NCBI GenBank assembly: GCA_030141605.1
Contig: JAQGDQ010000087.1
Coordinates: forward strand, 62,001 to 126,000
Direction: 5' to 3'
Origin: Tubiluchus corallicola
Taxonomy: Eukaryota > Animalia > Priapulida
Length of the DNA: 64,000 nucleotides
This document shows, piece by piece, positions 12,301-23,119 of the stretch. The notes below the pieces were generated by a model, which searched no databases, was not told where the DNA came from, and saw only the letters and a list, made by a program, of their open reading frames with translations. A program made the translations under genes and the position numbers. Numbering within the stretch: the stretch's first letter is position 1; the number at the start of each line of letters is the position of its first letter.

Positions 12301-15300
12301 GAGTCAATGCTCACAGTTTTTACATGCTTTTGTATAAGCCCGTTCTAGACATTTTTGAGACAATTAGGCGATTGATTCTACATTACCTTGAGTCTAATAC
12401 ATGGCGCTTACTGTATTAGCTTAGTATCGGTAAATATGGCAAATTCGGACTGGCGTCTCCCCGCTTTTGTCCGGCAAATCGAGATATGAGTGTATATATA
12501 TATATACATGGTAATCCAGAAAAATGTTTCCACAAAGGTGAGGAACAGTGGGTGGAAAACTCCCCAAAATAACTGTTTTTTTGCTTACTGCTAAACACCT
12601 TGTAGAAAAAGCATCCCAGCGGTGCTTGGTAGGGGTCTTGTAAAGAAATTTATAGCTCTTATGAAAGAGGAACTATTAGGTTACACAATAATGTGGGTCT
12701 CGTTTACAAATACTCTTACCAAAATAAAATGTTGCGAGTCGGAGAAACGTTTCTTTTCTGGATGACTATGTACATATATATGTATTTCAATTGATCCACT
12801 AACTTGTGTTATAACGCCTGTTTTGATTGTGTCTGTAGCAAATAATTGGAAATCAAATTTCTGAATCTTTTTTTCCTAAGTATTAACTTCTGTCATTACT
12901 ACTTCAAGATGTCTGGACAAAAACGTTCAGTGGCATATTACCTTTTGGTTTGCAAACTATCATATGATATGATACAAACGAAGCAAATTGATGATAAGAG
13001 AATCTGACTTTAATTATGAAAAAACTAAAAGCACCCATGCTATCAGTGACATGATAACTAATTTATTTTCATTCCTAATGTTTCGATGGCAAAATTTTCA
13101 TCATTTTTCAAGGTATAAAGTCTTTAGACACAACAATTTTTTTGCAATTAAGCACTTTATAAAAATTTTCGCTTAACAAAAAAGTATTGAGTAAACACAT
13201 TCTAAGGTGCGATGTAAAATTGATCTGACTCTCATCAAACAACACGAGGCATTATATGAATCATTTTGTTGTAATTGTAAATATCCAAGTTACTCTAGAC
13301 CGTGTCGAGTAATTACGTGCGACATAATGACGCATAACGTAACGAAACTCTTGATTTGGTTAATTTGATTTTTGCAGGAATAAAGAGAAAAAAGTCAGTG
13401 AAGAGGTTTCTGTTAATCAACAGTGAGTAGCACATAAATACTTTACATAATTAATGTAGTTATTTTTCTTATGTATGTCACAGAATAGTGATTGCTGACA
13501 TATTTGTCACCACATGACAAGATAAATCAACAACAGTGTTACAAAAAGAAAAAGAAATATACAGGCATTGCTGATGGTTGCTAACGTTTTTTTCTTGTGA
13601 CAGTAATTCTGAGTGCTACAGTTACAAGAATCAGAAGCCTAGCTATCTGCTGATATGTTTTTGTTTTTAATATCTTTTTAACATGTTAATAGTAACTTTT
13701 AGATTGCGAAAGTGGATGAAATTTGTTCTTACAATTTCAGGAACGAAAATTAATTTGTCAGACATGAGCATCCGATAACAATAGCTTTTGAACAAAGCAA
13801 ATCTAAGATTTTTTTAGTAGAAATTAAATTCAGGCAAATTTTGATTGACTAAACTGTTTATGCGGTATAGTTTCACTGCCAACTTACCGTCTTACTTTTC
13901 CAAATAGATGTATTTTTCTTGTGATTTTTTATTTTCCGAGTGTGCAATAAGCAATGTAGTCATGCGAAAACTCTAAACCAACATCGTAAACCTACCATTA
14001 TGTAGCCTATATTTTTGACTATTATTTACAACCCTCTATTGCATTTATTGCTGGCTAGATTTTTGGCAAATTGACTAAGAAGTATATCTGCAGTATGTTA
14101 TAGTGGATGTGTTTTTCCTAGATTTCTTAAATTGCTACTGTGATTACAGCAGACTGAGTGATAACCTGAACTATAAGTGTAAGCAACAGACATACATGCG
14201 TGAAACTATACCTCTTGTACTTAATTTTTATTTAGGATAAAAACAATTTAATATTAATATGCTACCTTTCATAAATTTTATAGGGCACACAGAGGTCGTG
14301 GTGTTGGAGACTTACTTGGCTCAATTCTGTCTGACCAAAGCCTACTCCATATGGATTCAAAGAACATACAGATTTCTCGTGATGGTTCTCTTGGAGCTAA
14401 ATCACCTGCACAGCTGAATTCTTCACTGCAGAAAGCCGGTATTAATCAACTAAAAGCTACGGACGTGTCTTCACCTACTGGTGGTCCAAAAGAAATTGCT
14501 ATGCCAATTGCATCAACTGACAAATTAATTCCGTTGTCACCGCCTCCTGGCTTCAACGCTTTTGTGCGATTTCCGCCTCCATTAATGTCACAGTTTGCCA
14601 TCAGAAATGAAATGCCTTCCTTGAGAATGCCAGTAAGGTTTGATCTAAATCGTGCAAGACCACCTAGGCCCGATATTCCTTTAAGTATGCCAAGATTTCC
14701 AGCACAAGTCTTGCCTGAAGCCAGTCCCAGACAATTATTACCACATGAGCCAAAATCTAAAGATGGACCAAAATGGAGACACGGTGCACCACCTTTAGAG
14801 GCTCCTTTGTATTCTTCTGATATTGATGAACGATTAGGAAGTCACATTCGACTTTCTCCTCAAAGCACAAAATTTCAGGCTGTTCCACCTCCTTCTAGAG
14901 ATACTAACTCGAGCATGCCTCCGCCTCTGATGGGTGAAAGGCATGTTGGCAGTGTACCATCATCAGAATCTTTAAACTCTGCTTCTACTGACACTGATGA
15001 CAGACTGAGGAACTTCTTAAAGCAACCTCTGGGAATGAGAGACTTAAATGCTCCACCTCCTTCGTTAATGGGAGCTGACTTAAAAACAGCATCGTCCCCG
15101 ATGAACGAATTGCCAGTAGGTACTGTAGGATCAGGCCCTAGTTTTTCCGATATCGATGACAGGTTAGGAGGCACTTTGAAGCAACCTCCAGCCAAAAGAG
15201 AATTAAATGCGCCACCTCCTTTAATGGGCGATAGACCATTTAGCTCTCAGCCTTTAAATTCATCACCAAATCTGGGTAATATTCCTCTTCCATCAGAAAC

Positions 15301-18300
15301 TGCATTTTCATCTGATGTAGATGAGCGGGTTGGAAAGAGCAGACCTGTTTGTTTAATACCACTGCCTGATACGAGAGGTCCTCAGCCTGTTCCTCCACCA
15401 CTGATGGCACTTGAAGTAAATTCTTCTGAGAAAGGTCATTTGTCGAATGCTGATAAAATACTTGAAGATATGTCTAAGCAGTTGCAGAAAAATAAATTTG
15501 AGAAGTTTGGTGAAACCAGTTTCTTGGCTGGACGTACAAGTGCACCATTAGAAAATGTTCCAGGTCTATTTTCTGATATCACTGCAAGTAGAGTTGGTAT
15601 CGTAAGTGAGCCATCCTGCATTTTTTCAAGCATGCCCGATGTGACACTACAAGAAAAATCACGCTTGTCAAATACAGACAAAATTTTAGAAGATGTTGCG
15701 AAAGGATTAAAGAACATGAAGAATATAGGAAGGGAGCTAGAAAGTGCATCTGGAATCTCTAGCATACCACTTCCTCTCTCACAAACCCAGGGAAGGTTTA
15801 ATGCAGTACCGCCTTCTTTGCTTCCTGAATTAACTAATTCCGCTAACATTTTGCCACCTTTGAGACAAGACGATACACCAACGTCCAAGCCATACAATGT
15901 TATACCACCACTGCATGAACTGCTGCGGCAGAAAGAAGAAGAGAAAATGTCTGTGTTAGAAATTAACTCATCTGCTTCTCAACCAGTTGAACAATTTAAT
16001 ACCACTTCTGAGAGAACAACTTATAATGCTGTGCCACCTCCGCAATCTGGATATTTTGGCGTTCCACCAGCTGTTGGTGAAGCTTCATCTGAGCCAAGTT
16101 ATTTTGGTGTTCAGCCACCTATAGTACCAATTGGTGAGATTGCTCCACAGCCTGGGTATTTTGGTGTACCGCCACCAACTACTGTATCAGTTAGTAATAC
16201 TATGCCACAGCAAGGATACGTTGGTGTACCTCCTCCACCAAATATTTCTTGTGGTGAAACATTACCAACTTCCGGACATTTTGGAGCAGTATCGTTACCC
16301 CCTAGTGCACAGAGTGAACCGGCAACATACAACGCAGTTCCTCCCCCACCTATGTCTTCAGAAACTACTATAGGGACTAATGCTCCTATACAGTTTTTTG
16401 GTGTGCCACCTCCAACTCTGCCAGATGCACCCCCACCTCCATTAGGGATTATTCCTTTACCCCCAACTGTGAGACCACCGGGTTTACCACCTTTCCCTCC
16501 TTCACAGGAAACTACAGTTAGTGCTGTACAGCCTCCGCCACCTTCTGAGCCTCCGCCTCCTCTACCTCCTCCTGTACCAGGAGTGCCTCCTCCACCTCCA
16601 CCGTCTTCTGATTCTACAGAAAAACCACCAAATTCGAGTCGTTCAGACATACAAAATGCGTTTCACAGCATCTCTAGCTCAGTACTCGATGAAATTCCTA
16701 TGCCAGAAGAACCAAAAACGTTGACACGAAGTGATAGAAAGATGATACAGAAGAAAAAAGACACAAGCATTTCAAAGCCAAAGAAAGCTGGTTCTAATAG
16801 TGCAAATGACTCAAATTCAAAATCTGAACCATCCGCCACAGAAAAGATTAGATTTATGTTGGGAAAACCTAGAAGTCTTGAACGTAAAAATATTTTTGTT
16901 ACTGGTGAACCTAAAGCTTCCAAGGAATCTAGTAAACAGGCTAAAACTGCTACAGCAGAAGTTGTTTATGGCCCAGAAAATCGGCCTGATATTGAGAAGG
17001 ATGATTCTACTAAAGGTAATGCTAGTGTAAACCACAAGCCAGTAAGTGAAGAATCAAGTAAATCATCACTGCATGAGGAAGAAACTGGGATTCTTGTTGT
17101 GCCAAAGATAACAACCGATTTGGCAAAGACAACAACCGAAGACAAAAGCGATGATGGTAGTGAGCTTATCCAGGTTGACTCATCGCCAGAGGACCAATCT
17201 TCTGAAGCTTTCTCGGCTTTGCCTCAGAGAACGCAGGCTAAAAAGATTAAACTTAAAAGAGGTGGCCCTGCAATTACTGTTACCAAGAATAAAATTAGTG
17301 TACCAGATAAAAGTGGAAATATCTCCGCTCCTAATGAGCAGCAAATCGGTGAAAGGGGACAAGTTGGGAAAGATAGTTGTTCAGAATCAGTTAAAGAAAA
17401 GACGGGAGAAATGAGTGATGTTAGTGAAGGAGAAGATGATCAAACCTTTTCAAATGTTGTCATCAAAACCGAAAAGGTTGATGAGCCAGCGCCCGCTACT
17501 GCAGATGACAGTGATATTGAGGAAATACCACAGGAAACTGAAAAAGATGTTGAGCAGGAATCGGGCGAAGAAGCTGAAGATTCCGAAGCAACAAATGAAT
17601 CTGAAGAAGAGGAAAATGAAGAAGCTGAAGGTGAAGAAGAGGATGAAGGAGAGGAAGACGTTTCAGATGAGGAGGAGGAAGAAGAATCTGAAAGTGAAGC
17701 AGAAGAAGAGTCGGGGTCAGAGAAAGATGCAGCTGAAAGTTCTGTTATAGAGTCTGGTGATGAAGAAGATGCACAGGATGAAGAAAGGCAAGACAGCGTT
17801 GAAGAAGGTGAATTAGCAGATACTGTCCTTCCTAGTAAACAATTGCCACAACAGTCAAATCTTCGAAAATTAAAAGAACATGTAAATCGAGAAGAAGCTG
17901 ATCCATTGTTGCATCAGCCAACTGCTTTACCAGACGGGTATACAACTAACAATGAAGAAACGGTTGATGTCTGGCGAGATGTTAATATAGGAAAAATTGA
18001 TGACAGGAATTATAGAGGAAGAAAAAAGAAAGATAAAGGAGGTGACGAATCTTCCAAAAAGAAAAAGGATAAACGCAGGGGGAAAAAGAAGAAACATTCA
18101 AAAAGTCAGCCTGGTCAGCTAGAAACTACAAATGATACTTCTGATAAGCATATCGATAGGACTCAGAAATCTCCAAGTGTAGAAATTGTCAGAGTGAGCT
18201 ATAGGCAGGAAAGGGCAAGAACAATCAGCCTTGGCCCAGATGATACACCACCCCGCTCTCGTAGTCGTAGTATTAGCTTAAGTAGTAGCAGAGAGAATCG

Positions 18301-21300
18301 TCGTAATCGAAGCGAGAGCATCCGAAGTAGGAGCAGAGGGCGACAGCGACATCACAGCGAACGTCGATGGCGTCGAAGTGTTGAACGCAGCGACAGCAGA
18401 AGACGACGTAGTAGAGACAGGTGGCGCACTGCTCGTCGATTTAGCGAGAGTAGAATGCGCAGTAGTTTAAGCAGAAAGCATCGCAGTGTTAGTAGAGAAC
18501 GTCACAGTCCACTTCGTTTAGGTAGAAGTTGGGGCCGAAGAAGTATCAGTTGGGGACGTCGCAGCTTGTCTAGAGATTTGGCAGTTGATAGAGAAATGAG
18601 AAGTGTAAGCAGAAACAGGCGAAGTAGAAGTCGTGCAAGGAAAATGATTAATCGAATTATGGCTGAAGCTAATGCCGCTAGACCCAGAGCTGTTTCACCA
18701 GTTGTGAATTGGTCTCCTCCTAGAGAGCATTCAAGAAATAGGAACCGTAGGCACTCGCCTATTGGGCGGGAACGAAGAATTAGCTATCGGGCAGAAGATG
18801 AAACTGTCTTAGAGGAAAACAGAACTTCTCATGAAAGAGAACGGCGAAAAGCTAGTCGAAAGCATAGGGAAGAGACTGACTATGAAGATGTGTCTCCTGA
18901 AAGGGAAGATTTGCGCAACAAGTTACATAGAAGACAGAATAAAGAAAACCGTAGTAGTTCACGTAGGCGCCATGGCTCTGAGCCACATGCAGATGAAGAC
19001 GAGGATGTATCTGCTGAACAACGTCACCATCGGAGAAAACGAAAACACAGAGATGTGGAACAAAATGTTGAGGAAGCTGATGCATCACACGAAAAGCAGG
19101 AGAGACGCAGAAAGAAGAAGAGAAGACGCGAGCAAAAGGAAAACATAGAAGAGCCTTCTCCGTCAACAAGAGAGCGACGGAAAAAGAGAAAAAGAAGAAG
19201 GCATGATACTGAGACCGAGGAAATAACTCCAGAGAAAAAAGATAGAAGTAGAAATCGAAGACATAGAAAAGATACAGAAGAGCAACTTTATAATTTTGAT
19301 GAATATAGAGACGAAAATGCTGATTATTTACAAAGTCATTCTCAGGAAGAAGCTGAGCCCTTGGAAAGAGAACATCGGAAGCGAAGAAAGCGAAGACACA
19401 GAACAGAAGATGTTGATGAACCTGCTGAAGAACCTGCTTCTAACATGGATTATATGAGAACCTCAAGTCAGGAAAGAGAGAAAAGTAAACGAGATAAAAG
19501 AAGACACAGAAAGGAAAGGAGTGAAGTTGAAGAACACGAACAAAGGGAAGATGTACAACTGTATGCTATCCCGGCACGTAGACGAGAGCGACAACTGGAA
19601 AAGATTCTCCAGACTCGTGAAGAAGAGAAACGACGTGAAAAAGAGGAACAAGAAGAGATAGCAAAATTAGAAGAATTGATTCGAAAAGCTGAGGAAGAAG
19701 AGAGAGAACAAATGCGTTTAGAAAAGGAACGTGAAAGAAAATTGCTACAGGAAAGAAGAGAACAAGAAATTCGGCTACAACAAGAAGAAGCCAGACAGCA
19801 TGAAATTATATCATCATCTGAAGAATATTCTGATGATGAAGCTCGTGAAGCAGCTGCAAAAAGGAGTGCCACTGACAGACGTGTAAAAGAACTGTCTCGG
19901 CGCCTTGCAGAGCGCCGACGTCAAGAGCAGGTATCACGAATGGTAACAGCAGAATTGCTGATCGATCCGGATGGCCGGCTGAGACCAACTCGCTCCCAAC
20001 CCTTTCCAGATGCAAAGAATATTCGTGTCTTGTGTGCATTCAACTCTGATGGTAAACCGACATTGGATGCAGAAGTACCAACTGTTATTCTGGATGAAAA
20101 TCAGCTTCAGGAAAAGGACAAGTCTGAACCTGAGGAAGGAGAAGCCATAAGTGATGCTGAAGAACCTACAGCAAGCGATGCACTAGTCATTGATGATAAA
20201 AGTAAAACACCTACACATGAGATTGCTGCTGCTGATGTTGAAAGGATTCCTGAAAGTGCTACTGCAAATGAAGTGGAAGTGGCTTCGCCAGAAACCCCCA
20301 TAGCACCTGAGTATGATCCATTCCAACCGACGCAATCTCCCAGTCATGAGGCTGAAAACAATGATGAAAAGCAAGAGGAAGCAGAGAAAGAAAAGGAAAA
20401 TATTAGTCAAGATATTGCTTCTCCTGTTGGTAAGTGCATTTCATTTTCTATGTATTTGCGAGATTTTTGCCGATTGTTAAATCCTCTACTATTGTGGCTT
20501 TTGTGTGTTTAATTATCTCATGCAAAAGTTAGCTGATAATTGGTGTTTATTGTCAATGTGTTGGTTTTAAAAATATAAAAATCTTTACTTACTTTTAGAC
20601 AACGACAATGCAGATCAGACCGAGAAAGAACAGGAACTCGAAGTAGAAACACCATCGTCGGCTGAACAATCGAAATCCCCAGCTGTAGCCGATGAACAAC
20701 CGGCTAGTTTTAAACTTTCATTGCCGTTGCCACCTAGTAGTCTACCTCCACCAAATCTGATGTTCTCTGCACCTTCAAAGGATGTGTTTGAGTCGTCAGT
20801 TCCACCTGCTGTTAAGGTGGTTGAGAAACCATCTAAGACACTAATGACAGCGTCTGTACAAACGCTTCCAACGACTTCGTCTTCAGACACGTCGCCATCT
20901 GCAAACTCATTTTCAGCTTCGCTTGCGAGAATTGCAACACTGTTGAATGCACCGCTATCAACTTCACTGAAACCTTCAGTGCGATCAAACATCTTGAAAC
21001 AGCCTAGTGTAATTCCAAAGAAATTCACAAGTCCTGTGGTGAAAAAGGTGCACGCGAGTCCAGATCTCGATAGTCCATATGAGCCTCTAGATAGTCCTGT
21101 TGGCAGTTTTACATTTACGTCTAAATCAAGCAAGTTGAACTCCTTTGGAGGTAAAATTTCCCATTCGCATAAGAATAGAATGGGCGACAAAATAAATGGT
21201 GAACGATTCAGCAAAATAGACATGAACCAATTTGACGCTCCAGTGTTTCGTGACACTTCTTTTGACATGATTGTAACAGAAAAGGAAAAAGAGGAGATGC

Positions 21301-23119
21301 CGTTATCAGCCGTTGACATGGACAACAAGCAAAGGGTGAGTAAATCTGTATTCTCTATTTGTATGTTAACTTGTTTATTGCTGAACTGCCGCTTAACGAA
21401 GCGAATTAAAGGAAAGGACAAGTCACTTAGGATATTGGGTTTATTTTACTGTTATCACACAAACTTAAAAGATAAAACAAAGAAATTTGCAAACAATCTT
21501 TATAAAACAAAGTTAATATAACGATGTCTTTAATGGAAGAATAGGATTTCAAAATGGAAATGCGCAAGCATTAAATGTTCGCAACTTTAAAGTAATTTTA
21601 CTAATGACACGAAGCACTTACCACACATTTGTTACTAATTTCTTCTAATATGTTTTGCAAACATTGAAATAAGCTTAACTTCTCAGAAGGCTTGGCCTTT
21701 CCATTAAGGAAAATTCACTGCCTGTGGACCCATGTTGCTCCTTTGTCGAACTAGAAGACTCATCGTACAACACAAGCACATCTCAAGGATATGATTTCAA
21801 TAGAATGTTTTGCGAAATACTTCAGTTTGTATAGGTTTTGAAAGTGGTTGAACTTTGCAATGTGCGCATATTTTAATATTTGAATGCTCTTAATTCTGTT
21901 GTCTGCTTTATTAATTAAGTAGTTGTTTGGACCTGTAGGCTTCAAGCATTAGTGAGCGTTGAGAACTTTTTCGAGAAACATCGTAGTCTAATGAAACCAG
22001 CTTTACATAATTTACTTGTAATCTTTTTATGTAAAATCGTTTTACGAAGTTAGTCACTTTCATTTTCATGAGATCAGCTGACACATGAAACGTTTTACAT
22101 ACACTGACTATACTGTACATTGTTCTGTTGAAATTAAAGTTCAGAAAATACTTTTATTTAAAACAGTTCTTTTGTAAAAGCACAGGAAGATCCAGTTGTA
22201 TTGCCACGCATGCTATGGTTGCTGTGGTTATTGAAGGTCCACGGTCCATTAAACTTTCAGATACATTTATAGTGTGGTGCCCTAAAATGCAAATGATGAC
22301 CAGCCATTATTCTTATCTTCGCATAACTCAATGGTACTTAGCACAAATGTGCAGTGTTTTAACTTTGTAAACATTTTTTGAAAAGCATTTGGGTTATGAG
22401 TTGTAAACAGAATCAGTTCATAAAATGTTGCCTGGTTTATTGTAACGATGTTGAAGAAATGATTTTTCGTAACAATTTCAACCTTTTTCACTGTTTTGAT
22501 TTTCATTTCATTGTCTGCTTGTAGTACCTGGAGAAGAAGCTGCGCCAGGAACGAGTTGTGGAGGAGGTGAAATTGGCGCTGAAGCCATACTACAACAAAC
22601 GTGAGGTCGATAAAGACGAATACAAAGATATTATGAGGAAATGTGTGCCCAAGGTTAGCTCGTTGAGTATTCTATGCAAAAGTGTCTGATTGATTTTGCT
22701 AGACAGCTTCTAAAGTGGAAGTAAATGAAACTTTTAAAAAAAATTTATAACATAAAAATGTAATGAAATATAGTTCTGCTTTGACATTCAGTTCGTTTTC
22801 CAAAATTATCTTAAGACACTTTTACTCTTTTGGTTAGTTCAGAAAGTTCCTGTTGGGAGCATTGTAGCTCAGTCGTGAAGTCCAAGAACTGCCAGAATTA
22901 ATCTTATTTTTAGCCTTGTTTGTTAAGGCAAATTGTTTGTGAGATTAGTTTTCCTGTTTTTTTTTCCAGATCTGCCACAATAAAACAGGAGACATAAATC
23001 CTGCTAAAATTAGCCTCATGATACAGCGGTATGTGCAAAACTTGAAAAAGCGACGAAAGCACGAGATTAAGAAAGCTTTAGGATTGGTTACTGACAAAGT
23101 GCAGAAAGTTAAACGGTGA
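3256..23119 (+). CDS. PHRF1: PHD and RING finger domain-containing protein 1 (PHRF1/SCAF11 family); join(3256..3373,5665..5936,6708..6791,7234..7358,7541..7629,7739..7871,8029..8134,9194..9376,11134..11342,11794..11835,13378..13422,14284..20429,20599..21335,22525..22653,22970..23119), 8568 nt, about 2855 aa
   Basis: All junctions GT-AG and phase-compatible; acidic N-terminus, C3HC4 RING, PHD finger, family motifs [17 protein letters not shown] and [20 protein letters not shown] region, C-terminal [28 protein letters not shown] domain. Confidence 0.92.
4330..4800 (-). mobile_element. Highly decayed CR1-like LINE fragment
   Basis: Minus-strand remnants such as EYGSSA and DIYKM in the expected order; many stops and frameshifts. 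Confidence 0.4.
5665..5936 (+). CDS. PHRF1: PHRF1 exon, acidic tract plus RING N-half
   Basis: CPVC...[15 protein letters not shown]; GCAG| and |GTAAGA. Confidence 0.95.
6708..6791 (+). CDS. PHRF1: PHRF1 exon, RING C-half
   Basis: NVNTCPVDR; TTTCAG| and |GTAAGA. Confidence 0.95.
7234..7358 (+). CDS. PHRF1: PHRF1 exon, PHD N-half
   Basis: [22 protein letters not shown]; phase 2 donor |GTGATT. Confidence 0.95.
7541..7629 (+). CDS. PHRF1: PHRF1 exon, PHD C-half
   Basis: [23 protein letters not shown]; |GTAAGT. Confidence 0.95.
7739..7871 (+). CDS. PHRF1: PHRF1 exon (NAGNAG acceptor, alternative start 7742)
   Basis: Ends [13 protein letters not shown]; phase 1 in, phase 2 out. Confidence 0.85.
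8029..8134 (+). CDS. PHRF1: PHRF1 exon, acidic ([20 protein letters not shown]...)
   Basis: CTGCAG| and CAG|GTGAAG; phases fit both neighbours. Confidence 0.8.
8443..9000 (-). mobile_element. CR1-type LINE 3' end with (AAT)n tail
   Basis: Minus-strand [19 protein letters not shown]-like remnant followed by a 3' UTR and (AAT)n at about 8443-8461. Confidence 0.65.
9194..9376 (+). CDS. PHRF1: PHRF1 exon, Lys/Arg-rich basic tract
   Basis: 61 codons open, CTCCAG| and |GTAAGT, phase 0/0. Confidence 0.88.
9448..10456. mobile_element. Non-autonomous Tc1/mariner (pogo/Tigger-like) MITE, 1009 bp
   Basis: 25-bp TIRs CAGTAGGTGCCGCTT(A/T)ATAGACTCA with 1 mismatch, TA on both flanks, no transposase ORF. 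Confidence 0.88.
11134..11342 (+). CDS. PHRF1: PHRF1 exon ([15 protein letters not shown]...[13 protein letters not shown])
   Basis: Family-like motifs; ATGTAG| and AG|GTAATG; missing from the ORF track because it lacks a start. Confidence 0.88.
11794..11835 (+). CDS. PHRF1: PHRF1 42-nt micro-exon A ([14 protein letters not shown])
   Basis: TTTTTTCAG| and CA|GTAAGT, symmetric phase 2/2. Confidence 0.62.
12025..12492. mobile_element. Degenerate Tigger-like MITE containing a 65-bp duplication and the right end of the 9448-type MITE
   Basis: Imperfect TIRs (CATTAAAATCTCAGTTTGCTGG vs CACTCATATCTCGATTTGCCGG), TA flanks; 12290-12413 aligns by eye with 10330-10456. Confidence 0.55.
13378..13422 (+). 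CDS. PHRF1: PHRF1 45-nt micro-exon B ([15 protein letters not shown])
   Basis: TTTTTGCAG| and CA|GTGAGT, symmetric phase 2/2; paralogous to micro-exon A. Confidence 0.62.
14284..20429 (+). CDS. PHRF1: PHRF1 giant exon, 6146 nt (Pro-rich repeats, acidic tract, RS domain, charged coiled coil)
   Basis: Contains the 2053-aa ORF; begins with the conserved [20 protein letters not shown]; TTTATAG| and G|GTAAGT. Confidence 0.93.
20599..21335 (+). CDS. PHRF1: PHRF1 exon, Ser/Pro-rich, ends [13 protein letters not shown]
   Basis: TTTTAG| phase 1, AGG|GTGAGT phase 0; in frame with ORF 20721. Confidence 0.9.
22525..22653 (+). CDS. PHRF1: PHRF1 exon, C-terminal SCAF1/SCAF11/PHRF1-type domain
   Basis: [43 protein letters not shown]. 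Confidence 0.95.
22970..23119 (+). CDS. PHRF1: PHRF1 last coding exon
   Basis: [22 protein letters not shown]...VKR, stop TGA. Confidence 0.93.
   Translation: MCHNKTGDINPAKISLMIQRYVQNLKKRRKHEIKKALGLVTDKVQKVKR

Noticed and set aside
14351-20512. Stand-alone 2053-aa intronless gene with a hydrophobic tail
   Set aside because: It is an internal PHRF1 exon; the tail after 20429 is translated intron
14875-21421. Antisense ORFs (e.g. 16111-16650 Gly-rich, 20615-21421)
   Set aside because: Shadows of Pro/Ser/Glu-rich sense coding sequence
22855-22895. tRNA gene (TAGCTCAGTCG A-box-like)
   Set aside because: No B-box or acceptor stem
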